From Ignavibacteria bacterium (GTDB lineage Bacteria; Bacteroidota; Ignavibacteria; Ch128b): a DNA stretch of 64,000 nucleotides. The notes under the pieces were generated by a model that worked only from the letters and a program-made list of their open reading frames with translations, ran no database searches and was not told the DNA's origin. The position numbers and the translations under genes were made by a program. Each line of letters begins with the position of its first letter. Position 1 is the stretch's first letter. This document shows positions 47,512-56,513 of the stretch, piece after piece. Location of the stretch: assembly GCA_013177855.1 (NCBI GenBank), contig JABLYA010000005.1, positions 7,426 to 71,425 on the forward strand. Direction: 5' to 3'.

Positions 47512-49491
47512 TTATCTCTTGATATAATCGTATATTTTATTCTTTTCTAAAAATAATTTTCTTAATTTTTTAGTTTCTGTTTTATTTTTACCCAATATAT
47601 AAACATATTTATGTTTTTTTGATGTTTTCCTTACTAGACAATTATTTAATTCTCTTTTTGAATATTCTTTTAAAAAAGTTGATACCTCTTGTGGCATGTT
47701 CTCCCATAAAATTTTATATTTTTTACCCCAATTCTCCTTCCATTCTATGTTATTTAGTTTTGCTATTTTTTGCATATACTTGATTTTTGTATAATTTCTA
47801 TTATTAACCCAACCTATATCTGGATTATTTAAATTAAAATACAATTTATCACTACCAAATTTTTGACCCAAATAATAAAAATTACATGCTTGATAAATAG
47901 TACCAATTTCTTTTGCTTCTGTATCAGAATATGCTTCAAATATCCTGAAATTTGTATTTTTAACCATCCATCTTATTGACCACATTAACAATTTAGATGC
48001 TAAATTTTTTGGTGTCCAAGATGCGCAAGCACCTCTACTTATCAATTTTTCTATATCCTTTGTATCGTCACCTAAAAACTTTGAAAAAGAATTAGGTATA
48101 GACATAATTATAACACCACCTATTATTCCTTTATATGTTGCAATAAATCTATGAGTTGGTCTATTTGGCATTTTACCTAACCATTCATATTTTTTAATAA
48201 ATTTTGTTATTTCTTTTAATGTCACTTTATCATTATTATCAACATATTTTAATTCAAAATCATTAATATTTATATCATTAATATCTATGTTTTTTGTTTT
48301 CAAATATTCGATATCATCATTTAAGGTATTTAATCTTAAATCATATTGCCAACAATGATTCTTATTATAAATTTCATGTTTAATCAATTGATCAAAGACT
48401 GTATAATTTTTATCTATAATAAATATATAATTATACCCTTGTTCTCTACAAGCTTTTTCTTTAATGATGTTTTTTTCTAAATGTTCTTCATACCACTTTT
48501 TAGATTTTATTTCTATAATTAAATTTAATTTTTCATAATAAAAATCAGAATAATAATAATGTTCTATACCATTATACTCATATTTAATTGTAGGACCTCT
48601 TTTTATACTTATTATTGAATAATATTTATCTAAAAAATCTTTTTCATATGTTCCTTGATAATATAAATCTGAATTTTCGTATTTTTCTATTTTATAACCA
48701 TTTTTTATCATCTTTAAATAAAATTCTTCTAATTGCATAGGATAATAAACACCATATTTTTCATATATTATATTCATTAATTTTTGTTTAATAATTTCAT
48801 TTTTCATTGGATTTTCTACACCAAATCTTTCTACACAAGTATTTTTAAATTTTAACCTATTGTTATAATTTTCATAACCATATTTTTCTTTTTTGGTGTT
48901 TTTTATTTTATTTTTTATTTCATCAGATTGTAATACAAAATCACAACCATATTTTTTATTATTTGTCATTTTTAATTTTGATAAAATTATATCAGATTGT
49001 AAAGCATAATCAACTCCAAATTTATTGTTCATTGTTTCTAATGTTTTATTTTTAAATTCATCAGTTTGAATATAATAATCTTTACCATATTTTTTATTAT
49101 TGGTTTCCTTTTGCTTTTCTATATTTACAAAATTTTCATTACCATATCTTTTATTTTTTGTTTCTTTAGTTTTTAAAATATATTCGTCCGTTTTTGTATA
49201 TGAATCAACACCATATTTCTTAATACAAGTTTCTTTTTTCTTGTTATCGGAACATTTTTTACAAGTATAATAACCATAATTATTAATATTCCTTCTGTAA
49301 GAAAAAATGGAAATTTTTTGAGTTTTATTACAAATATCACAAGAAACTTCAATTATAGTTTTACTACTAAAAGGTAATTCATCAGGTATAATTTCTATAA
49401 TATCACCAGATTTTATTTCATAACCTAAATTTTTGTAATGTGTTATGTTTTTATTGGTTGTTTTTATTGTTAGTTTTTTAGTTAAAATCAT
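47512..49491 (-). CDS. Fusion protein: Zn-ribbon, KYG-repeat region, PD-(D/E)XK-like nuclease core, then a C-terminal GNAT-fold Mom-like domain
   Basis: Repeats K(K/R)YG(V/K)D.Y.QTDE x about 8. SDFYYEKLNLIIEIKSKKW gives a D..E.K pattern. C-terminal YEWLGKMP...GGVIIM...ISRGACASWTPKNLASKLL...FEAYSDTEAKEIGTIYQACNFYYLG. Confidence 0.45.
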   Translation of the reverse strand: MILTKKLTIKTTNKNITHYKNLGYEIKSGDIIEIIPDELPFSSKTIIEVSCDICNKTQKISIFSYRRNINNYGYYTCKKCSDNKKKETCIKKYGVDSYTKTDEYILKTKETKNKRYGNENFVNIEKQKETNNKKYGKDYYIQTDEFKNKTLETMNNKFGVDYALQSDIILSKLKMTNNKKYGCDFVLQSDEIKNKIKNTKKEKYGYENYNNRLKFKNTCVERFGVENPMKNEIIKQKLMNIIYEKYGVYYPMQLEEFYLKMIKNGYKIEKYENSDLYYQGTYEKDFLDKYYSIISIKRGPTIKYEYNGIEHYYYSDFYYEKLNLIIEIKSKKWYEEHLEKNIIKEKACREQGYNYIFIIDKNYTVFDQLIKHEIYNKNHCWQYDLRLNTLNDDIEYLKTKNIDINDININDFELKYVDNNDKVTLKEITKFIKKYEWLGKMPNRPTHRFIATYKGIIGGVIIMSIPNSFSKFLGDDTKDIEKLISRGACASWTPKNLASKLLMWSIRWMVKNTNFRIFEAYSDTEAKEIGTIYQACNFYYLGQKFGSDKLYFNLNNPDIGWVNNRNYTKIKYMQKIAKLNNIEWKENWGKKYKILWENMPQEVSTFLKEYSKRELNNCLVRKTSKKHKYVYILGKNKTETKKLRKLFLEKNKIYDYIKR

Positions 49492-49564
49492 TTAATATCT
49501 CAATACATTTCCTTTATATATAAAAAATAAAAAGTCAAAAGCTCAAAACATAACCTTATTAAAT

Positions 49565-49600
49565 AAAAAAAAAAAGAGAACCGAAGTTCTCTTTTTTTAT
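49565..49600 (-). terminator. Rho-independent terminator downstream of the capsid gene
   Basis: Stem agagaac/gttctct. On the minus strand it is followed by a long U-run. Confidence 0.7.
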
Positions 49601-49617
49601 TTTTATTAAAGTGTCTA

Positions 49618-51345
49618 TTAGATAAGAACACCATTGTTGTCTGTAACACGGATTTCCATAAATTGTTTCCAAGGGAAGAAACCAATGTCTGTGATAGCGT
49701 AACGGCTTCTGATAAGCATTCTTGGTGCCCAAGTTGCTTCGGAAATCAATGAAATTGATTGTGCCATTAAGTAAGGAATGAATACAAGACCTGGTTGATC
49801 AACTGAATTCTTTCTTCCTAAGAAGATTCTGTTATCATCCCATCTCATGTAAGGATCTACATAGATTGTGATGTTACCAATGTTACCCATTGGGTACAAC
49901 TGACCATTTGTATTCAATTTACCAACGTTAGTTGGAGCGATTGTGTATCCAGCAACATCTTGTAATACGGAAGCTAAGTTACCGTTTGTGATAAGATATT
50001 GAGCAGGACCTACTCTACCGTCAGTAGCAATAAAGTTAGAAGCGTTGTTGATTTTAGCAACAAGTTTTCTTTGGATTGAGTGGTAAGTTTCACCACCAGG
50101 TGCAGGACCAGCAACTGCTGTGTAATCATCAACGTTAAAGTCGAATTTAGAATTACCTGAAGCGTCTTTTGGAGTTGTGTGAGATGCTCTGTTTTCGCCT
50201 GCAAGAGTTCTAATCTTATCAACAATTTGTTTAGAAATTGTTTGAGTAAGTTCGTTAATAAGAACTGATTCAAGTTTTTGTACAATGTCCATACCAGTTG
50301 AAGCTTTAATATCTTCAATTTGTGTACGTTTTAATGCACTTGAAATTTCGATGTCACCTACTGCAACAGATTTGGTGAATACGTCTGGACCAATAACACC
50401 AGGATAAGTGTTTTCATCTTCAAGACGGCTCATAGCATGGTTAATGTACCAACCAGCTGAGAAACCAGGAAGGTGATCTTCCATTGTGCTTACTAACTCA
50501 ATAGTTGCACCAGTAATTTGAAGTAATGAACTACCACTTAAATGATAGAAATAAGCACCTTCTAATTGAGATACAACTGATGTAGCGTAACCGAATGTGT
50601 TTTTATTTTGGTCAAATCCCCAATTACCTGCAGCAGCGTTGTTGTTTTGTCTGTATGATCTAAACATAGGAAGACCATCAACTCTTGAAAAACCTAAAAA
50701 TTCTAAAACACCAAGTTTATTACCTGTTGGAGGAGTTGTTGTAGGTTCAAATACGTTAGTGAATGAACCACCAGTTAAAGTAACAAATACTCTTTTATCT
50801 AATCCACCAATAAGTTCTTTAGTTGTTAAAACACCAAGTGTATATGTTAATTGGTTTAAAAGAGTTGTTTTATCAGTAACATTTAACTTGAAAACAAGTG
50901 GTTGTTCATCACCATCTAAATTACCATGACCTTGTGGATTGTTATCGTATTTAAAATCTACGAATAACAATTCTAATCTTGGTGAAGAAGCTGGTTTTAC
51001 TGCAACAAGGTCAAGACCAATTGTTTGAGCAGCAATTTTCATTGATACTGGAAGTAAGTTTTGAGCTACATCACCTGAACCGATAGCACCTGTAGTTACA
51101 GGAGCACCTGTACCTGTGTAAGTGTTTGTGCCACCATAAAGACCAGCACCACCGATAACGGGAGCTTGAACATTACCCATACCATAAATGTTACCTAATG
51201 TGCTATAAGCAACATTTTCATTAAGCTGATGCATTTCAGCATATTCAGCCATCCAAGTTCTTTTTTCAATATCACTTACTTGTAAGTGGTCAAGAACAGG
51301 AGCCCATTTTTTCAAAGCTTTTGCTTTATCTACGATAAAATTCAT
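49618..51345 (-). CDS. gp23: Major capsid protein, T4 gp23-like
   Basis: The N-terminal propeptide-like region is followed by LLPVSMKIAAQTIGLDLVAVKPASSP, comparable with T4 MVRRAIPNLIAFDICGVQPMNSP. Gene order is portal-protease-scaffold-MCP. The start is set at MNFIVDK because the 11-mer lies inside the longer ORF extension. Confidence 0.85.
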   Translation of the reverse strand: MNFIVDKAKALKKWAPVLDHLQVSDIEKRTWMAEYAEMHQLNENVAYSTLGNIYGMGNVQAPVIGGAGLYGGTNTYTGTGAPVTTGAIGSGDVAQNLLPVSMKIAAQTIGLDLVAVKPASSPRLELLFVDFKYDNNPQGHGNLDGDEQPLVFKLNVTDKTTLLNQLTYTLGVLTTKELIGGLDKRVFVTLTGGSFTNVFEPTTTPPTGNKLGVLEFLGFSRVDGLPMFRSYRQNNNAAAGNWGFDQNKNTFGYATSVVSQLEGAYFYHLSGSSLLQITGATIELVSTMEDHLPGFSAGWYINHAMSRLEDENTYPGVIGPDVFTKSVAVGDIEISSALKRTQIEDIKASTGMDIVQKLESVLINELTQTISKQIVDKIRTLAGENRASHTTPKDASGNSKFDFNVDDYTAVAGPAPGGETYHSIQRKLVAKINNASNFIATDGRVGPAQYLITNGNLASVLQDVAGYTIAPTNVGKLNTNGQLYPMGNIGNITIYVDPYMRWDDNRIFLGRKNSVDQPGLVFIPYLMAQSISLISEATWAPRMLIRSRYAITDIGFFPWKQFMEIRVTDNNGVLI

Positions 51346-51367
51346 AATTTTAATTGTTTTTTTTTTA

Positions 51368-51378
51368 TTATATATTAA
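51368..51378 (-). promoter_or_regulatory. TTAATATATAA (minus strand) 22 nt upstream of MCP ATG 51345
   Basis: Exact 11-mer. Confidence 0.55.
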
Positions 51379-51451
51379 CTCAAAAATGTCATTTTTTTCC
51401 ATTTTTATTGGTAATTAGGGTTTTACACATAACTACCTATTATATAATGAG

Positions 51452-52648
51452 TTAATATCCTAAATTTTTAATTTTTGAGATGAATGCATCTATTTGTTCA
51501 TCTGATAGAGAAGTATTATCTACAACTCTGTTTTCGTTAAGAATCTGTTTACTTTCATTAATCTTAGTATAAGATTCTAGTCTTCTGCTCTCCCAGAATT
51601 TTTCCATTCTTGATGGAGTAGTTAAATCAGGGTAAAGTTTTGCAGAATTGATTATACTCTTTTTGTAATTTTCGTTCAACTTTTCCCATATAGGTTTTAA
51701 TTCTGAAGGCATATTTTCAATCAATACATCTTCAAATGTTTTTTGAACTGAAAGAGCATTTTTAATAGCATAAAGTACTTGATTTTCTGTGTAGATAGGT
51801 TCTTTACTTTCGTTTATTGTAAAGATAACTTTTTCTTTATCTTCACTTGTAAGTCCGTACCATGCTTTTTTGTTCTTTTCTGTTAGGAATTGAACAAAAT
51901 GTGGTTCTTGATTTTCAGAAGCTTTACGTTTTTTAGTTTCTGTAATTAAGTTACCAATGTATGATTTTAATGAATTTTCGGTTTCCATAATTCTATCACC
52001 AATAAGGTTAACTTTACTTTCATGTACTTCTACTAATTCATTATTGTCAGCCATTTTAACTACTAATATACCTGTTGAAGGATTTGAAGCAAGAATTTCA
52101 CCTGTTCTATCTTCAATAGATACTGTTGCACCAGGAACTAATTGTACTTGTGCACCAACTGGTTCGCCTTCAATTGAATCAGGCATTTCACTATCAATTT
52201 CATTTGGTTGTGATTGAACTTGATTTTTTGGTTGTGATTGAACTTGATTTTTTGGTTGTGATTGAATTTGATTTTTTGGTTGTGATTGAACTTGATCTTT
52301 TGGTTGTGATTGAACTTGATCTTTTGGTTGTGATTGAACCTGAACTTTTAGTTGTGCTTGAGTTTGTACAGGTTCATCATCAGTTTCATCTGGTTCTTGT
52401 ATTTGTGATTTTTGAATGAAATCATCGTCTTCATCATAATACTTGTCTATATCAGAAACTTGTCTCATGTTAGGAATTTGCATTTGATTTCCAGCTTCAA
52501 AAATTTTTGAACTTTTAATAGATTCAATTGTGTTGTCAAGACCTTCAGCAATATAATTCATATATGCCTGTGTATCTGAAACATTTTCAGCAATGTATTC
52601 TGAATAAGCAATGTTGTTATCAACATGCTCAGCAATGTATTCTGGCAT
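51452..52648 (-). CDS. gp22: Prohead scaffold protein (gp22-like by position and composition)
   Basis: Acidic, repeat-rich and lying between the protease and MCP. Starts at MPEYIAEHVDNN (ATG 52648) or at the upstream ATG 52696. Contains (V/I)QSQPK(D/N)Q x6. Confidence 0.55.
   Translation of the reverse strand: MPEYIAEHVDNNIAYSEYIAENVSDTQAYMNYIAEGLDNTIESIKSSKIFEAGNQMQIPNMRQVSDIDKYYDEDDDFIQKSQIQEPDETDDEPVQTQAQLKVQVQSQPKDQVQSQPKDQVQSQPKNQIQSQPKNQVQSQPKNQVQSQPNEIDSEMPDSIEGEPVGAQVQLVPGATVSIEDRTGEILASNPSTGILVVKMADNNELVEVHESKVNLIGDRIMETENSLKSYIGNLITETKKRKASENQEPHFVQFLTEKNKKAWYGLTSEDKEKVIFTINESKEPIYTENQVLYAIKNALSVQKTFEDVLIENMPSELKPIWEKLNENYKKSIINSAKLYPDLTTPSRMEKFWESRRLESYTKINESKQILNENRVVDNTSLSDEQIDAFISKIKNLGY
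52206..52349 (-). repeat. 24-bp coding tandem repeat x6
   Basis: ggttgtgattgaacttgatttttt units are read directly. Confidence 0.9.
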
Positions 52649-53070
52649 AAGCAATGTTGTTATCAACATGCTCAGCAATATATTCTGCATAAGCAATGTT
52701 GTTGTCTAAGTTCTCAGCAAGATATTCAGAATAAGCAATATTCTTATCGAGATTTTCAGCAAGATATTCAGAGTATGCTATATTGTTATCAAGATTTTCT
52801 GCAATATATTCACTATATGCAATATTTTTATCAAGATTTTCTGCAAGATATTCTGAATAATCAATAGATTTTTCAATATTTTCTGCTAAATAATCAGAAA
52901 ATTGAATATTTTTATTAACATGTTCTGCTATATATTCTGAAAAATCAATATTTTTATCTAATATTTCTGCAATATATTCAGAATAGTTAATGTTTTTATC
53001 AAGTTGTTCAGCAAGGTATTCTGAATACTTAATAGCTTTTTCCAAATTCTCAGCTAAATAATCATTATGC
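52530..53070 (-). repeat. 42-bp (14-aa) coding tandem repeat x about 13 that spans the protease/scaffold gene junction
   Basis: NIAYSEYLAENLDK-type units. One unit (52639-52648) has GG where all others have a single G. Confidence 0.85.
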
Positions 53071-53954
53071 TTAGTGAGTTTTTCGGTAATTTCTTTTATT
53101 GACTTGTTTTCATTTACAACAATTTGAATACTATCAGCCAAATAATCAAGATATTTAGCAACTTTGTTTTGTTGCTCTAATAAGGTTTCATAAGACTCAG
53201 ATAATTTTATAATTTGATCAGGTTCAACTTTTCCATTTTTTACACTTTCTGTAAGAAGATATTTTACTTTTTCTAATTCTTCTTTTAAATACTCTGAGTA
53301 TTCAACCATTTGTGCTTTTGTAACAAAATCATTTTGGTTCATGTTGAATAATTCATTAATTTTTGACTCATCAGATATGTCGTATATCCTAAAGTTAGTT
53401 TCTTTTGTTTTAAATCCTAAAGATTCGTTTAATGTCTTTACCTCCATTCTAGCTGAACCGAAACCTGGATCAGCAACAGCATCATAGGTAAATAATTTTT
53501 TAACAGTAACGGTTCCATCTGATTCAGTAATACCAGCAGCTCTACTTGAAACAAAAATAGGGCAACCATCTTCGACTAATGCTTTAGCCTCCTTGCCCCA
53601 ATGTGTGTTTAACAATCTAATTTCACCATCTACTCTATTCTTTTCTTTATTATAAAAAAGTTTTTCAATAGTATGTGAAATTCTTTGTAAACTTGTATCA
53701 AATACGTCTGGATGATCAAACTCACCATATACAGCACCTAATGTATTCTTACGTTCTATCAATTCATTAAGATGTGGTAAGAATTTTTCTGCAGTATAGA
53801 TTCTTTCATTACGATTCATAACATCAAATTCGGTGAAAATACCTGATAGTCGATATTCTTTATTACCTTTACTATCAATCTTTACACCTTCATTAAGTTT
53901 TAAACCATTTGTGTTATTCTCTACAATTAGAACATACTTGTTTGGTTTTACCAT
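52629..53954 (-). CDS. gp21: Prohead core protease (T4 gp21-like) with a C-terminal 14-aa repeat extension
   Basis: The N-terminal 175 aa (SGIFTEFDVMNRNERIY...GEFDHP...SHTIEKL...VSSRAAG...YDAVADPGF) fit the gp21/U9 protease family pattern. It lies directly downstream of the portal gene. Confidence 0.75.
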   Translation of the reverse strand: MVKPNKYVLIVENNTNGLKLNEGVKIDSKGNKEYRLSGIFTEFDVMNRNERIYTAEKFLPHLNELIERKNTLGAVYGEFDHPDVFDTSLQRISHTIEKLFYNKEKNRVDGEIRLLNTHWGKEAKALVEDGCPIFVSSRAAGITESDGTVTVKKLFTYDAVADPGFGSARMEVKTLNESLGFKTKETNFRIYDISDESKINELFNMNQNDFVTKAQMVEYSEYLKEELEKVKYLLTESVKNGKVEPDQIIKLSESYETLLEQQNKVAKYLDYLADSIQIVVNENKSIKEITEKLTKHNDYLAENLEKAIKYSEYLAEQLDKNINYSEYIAEILDKNIDFSEYIAEHVNKNIQFSDYLAENIEKSIDYSEYLAENLDKNIAYSEYIAENLDNNIAYSEYLAENLDKNIAYSEYLAENLDNNIAYAEYIAEHVDNNIAYARIHC

Positions 53955-53975
53955 AGTTTATTTATTATTTTTTTA

Positions 53976-53986
53976 TTATATATTAA
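53976..53986 (-). promoter_or_regulatory. TTAATATATAA (minus strand) 21 nt upstream of ATG 53954
   Basis: Exact 11-mer. Confidence 0.55.
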
Positions 53987-54021
53987 CCTAAAAAACAGTT
54001 ATTTTTCCATTTTATAAGAAA

Positions 54022-54052
54022 TCAAAAAAAAAAGACCCTCCGAAAGGGTCTT
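54022..54052 (-). terminator. Rho-independent terminator after the portal gene
   Basis: Stem aagaccct/agggtctt followed by a U10 run on the minus strand. Confidence 0.7.
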
Positions 54053-54065
54053 ATAATATATGTTA

Positions 54066-55739
54066 TTAGAATGAAAATTGTGATTGTCCACCACTTTCTT
54101 GTCCACCACCTTGTGGAGGTGATTGTCCGCCTTGTGCACCCATTTGGGTACTACCTTGCATTCCACCTTGCATTCCACTAACACCTTCACTAGCATTAGC
54201 ACTACTATCAACAAGTTTATATTTCTTGTTTTCGGTAATATCAGCGTCAGTAAATTTCATAATTTTGCGAATAATCCATTCAACATGTAGATATGGTTTA
54301 CCCTCAGCATCTTGTAAATTTGAACTTAATGTAGAAGCAATTTCGGCTCTTTTTTGTAAGTTGTTTAAAAATTTCCATTCTTCAAATAATTCGTTTTTAT
54401 TAAATATAACTTGTATTGAAGCGTGAAATAGATTATCATCTTTCAATTCAGGAAAATCCATAATCATCTGAATCTTCAAAGGTTTAACGATTATTTCTTT
54501 GAAAATAGTTCTTAATCTCTTAATATAATTTTGGAATTTAATTTCATGTCTTGTCATTTCAGCAGTATCATTAAATAAATTTCCACCACCAGCATCGTCA
54601 TCAAATCTACTGAAAGGAAGTTTTGAAGCTCTTTTTAAGTTTTTGAAAAACCAAGTAAGCATTGAATCTTCATTCAAATCTGTGCCTTGTGCTGTGACTA
54701 TTTCTACTGTTGGAGTACCTAAATCAGAACTTGGGAACCAAAAATCTTTTGAGTGAGGAATATTGGTTGAACCATTTATTGATACAGTACCCATTGTATC
54801 ATCCCATTGTACATCTTCGTGATACTCTGACATCAATTCATATATTTGTTGTTCTGCTTGTTGTTTTGTTAAACCATTTGTAGGAATAATAAATTTTTTA
54901 TAAATTGCTGCTTGATTAATATTGTAAAGTAATCTTGTTTGTTCCAACATTTTTAATTGATTATAAGGTCTAATCAAATTTTCAACGTAAGATGTTTCTG
55001 CAAATTCATTATTATTAGTATACGATATATATATAATCTGAGCATCTAATAAAACTCTTCTAATTTGTGGATTATCAGGATATTGTATCCAAACTATTGT
55101 ACCAGAACCAGGATCAGTTGCAACAATAAGCGTCATGGGATCTATTGGTTGAAGGTCTATAATATTTTTTTGTTTGTTATCATAAACTATTTCATAAGCA
55201 ATATAACCATCAATTAAAAAATTTTTAAAATAATTCCAAGCTGTTATACCATCACTAAAACCAAAATTTCTATAAATTTTATTGAAATTTTCTTGCCATC
55301 TTTGTTTTATAGAATTATCAAACTCATCTGGTAAATCTTTTAATTTGCAAAAATAATTATCATCATTGTATATAATTGTTTCATCAGCAATTTGAGTAAT
55401 AAAATCTTTTATTTCATCTTTAATTGCATATTGTCTTAATATTTTTCTTTTATCAACATAGGCTCTATCAAGGTATGCTATAGATTTTCTATCAAGCATT
55501 TTTGATATAATTTTCTTAGAAAATATATCATACATATTGGTTGATAATGTTGTTTGTCCTTTTGGATCTTCATGTAAACCAATAGAGTACGTATTTTTAA
55601 TAATCATATTTTCATAATCCATACCCCAATTGGATAAATTTCTAAGCATTCTGTTGAACATACCACGATTTTCAATAGTATTGCCTAAGTTGTTCATTGT
55701 GTTTTGGTTATTGTTAGTATACCTATTATATGATGGCAT
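54066..55739 (-). CDS. gp20: Portal protein, T4 gp20-like
   Basis: 557 aa. ...HSKDFWFPSSDLGTPTVEIVTAQGTDLNEDSMLTWFFKNLKRASKLPFSRF resembles the gp20 core. It has a G/Q-rich C-terminal tail. The variant motif TTTATATATAC lies 21 nt upstream. Confidence 0.75.
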   Translation of the reverse strand: MPSYNRYTNNNQNTMNNLGNTIENRGMFNRMLRNLSNWGMDYENMIIKNTYSIGLHEDPKGQTTLSTNMYDIFSKKIISKMLDRKSIAYLDRAYVDKRKILRQYAIKDEIKDFITQIADETIIYNDDNYFCKLKDLPDEFDNSIKQRWQENFNKIYRNFGFSDGITAWNYFKNFLIDGYIAYEIVYDNKQKNIIDLQPIDPMTLIVATDPGSGTIVWIQYPDNPQIRRVLLDAQIIYISYTNNNEFAETSYVENLIRPYNQLKMLEQTRLLYNINQAAIYKKFIIPTNGLTKQQAEQQIYELMSEYHEDVQWDDTMGTVSINGSTNIPHSKDFWFPSSDLGTPTVEIVTAQGTDLNEDSMLTWFFKNLKRASKLPFSRFDDDAGGGNLFNDTAEMTRHEIKFQNYIKRLRTIFKEIIVKPLKIQMIMDFPELKDDNLFHASIQVIFNKNELFEEWKFLNNLQKRAEIASTLSSNLQDAEGKPYLHVEWIIRKIMKFTDADITENKKYKLVDSSANASEGVSGMQGGMQGSTQMGAQGGQSPPQGGGQESGGQSQFSF

Positions 55740-55777
55740 CTTTTTTTAAATTAATTTTAAGTATATATAAAATTATG

Positions 55778-56512
55778 TTAGTCTTTAAATAATTTTAATT
55801 TTTCTTTAAATAAAGCAACTTTTTTATGATATTCTATTGAATCTTCTTGATAAGATTCTATAAGTTTTTGATAATCTTCTAATATTTTTGACATTTTAAT
55901 AGCATCTTCTCCAACCAATGATTTTTGTAACTCTATCATATTTTTTGAATTATGTCTTTTAAAATCAGCCATTATTATTTCTGGTGCAATTTTTACAGAA
56001 CATAGATAGGATTTTTTAATTTTATAATTATTAGAAAAATCTTTGATAGAATAAGAAGTAATAGCCCAATTCATTTTATATTCTTTTAAAAGTTTATACA
56101 TGAATTCAAAAGTCATAAAATTCATTGGTGGTTCTTCTCTTACGAATTCTTTTTGTGTTATTTTGTCAAGTTTTTCTTTTCCTGCTTTAAATATTTTATT
56201 GAATATAGCAATTTTGAATTTTGGGGGTAGGTATTCTAAATTAATAGCATATAATATATGATTATTTTTAATAACTTTATAATCTAATGCTAATATTGGA
56301 CACCAAATATAATTTCCATTATAATTATATTGTATTAAATAGAAACGACCAGGAATTAATTTATCTGGTTTAATTTCCATAATCTCTTTCATATTTGGTT
56401 GTTGTCTAAGTTTTATTAGTTTATCGGTCAAATTTTTTATCATGTTAGTTATAGATCCATTCATACCGATAAGACCGTACATGTAACTTTCAAAATCTCT
56501 AAACATTCCCAT
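55778..56512 (-). CDS. Hypothetical protein in the head/neck module
   Basis: The ORF is tightly coupled to the upstream gene by a 1-nt gap. Confidence 0.5.
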   Translation of the reverse strand: MGMFRDFESYMYGLIGMNGSITNMIKNLTDKLIKLRQQPNMKEIMEIKPDKLIPGRFYLIQYNYNGNYIWCPILALDYKVIKNNHILYAINLEYLPPKFKIAIFNKIFKAGKEKLDKITQKEFVREEPPMNFMTFEFMYKLLKEYKMNWAITSYSIKDFSNNYKIKKSYLCSVKIAPEIIMADFKRHNSKNMIELQKSLVGEDAIKMSKILEDYQKLIESYQEDSIEYHKKVALFKEKLKLFKD

Positions 56513-56513
56513 A

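Noticed and set aside
49500-49685. Minus-strand 61-aa ORF
   Set aside because: It overlaps the MCP 3' end and its terminator hairpin, so it is a spurious low-complexity ORF.
51346-51402. Longer N-terminal extension of the capsid ORF (MEKNDIFELIYNKKKTIKI...)
   Set aside because: The conserved upstream 11-mer (51368..51378) lies inside the extension. MNFIVDKAKALKKW aligns with the MCP-like paralog at 40621.
50010-52867. Shadow ORFs (50010..50318, 50597..50929, 51957..52217, 52126..52419, 52625..52867)
   Set aside because: They are embedded in or antisense to the MCP, scaffold and protease genes. Several are just the repeat arrays read in other frames.
53999-54214. Minus-strand 71-aa ORF (and plus-strand 54226..54426)
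   Set aside because: It overlaps the portal gene C-terminus and the terminator, and the K/V repeats arise from the G/Q-rich tail read out of frame.
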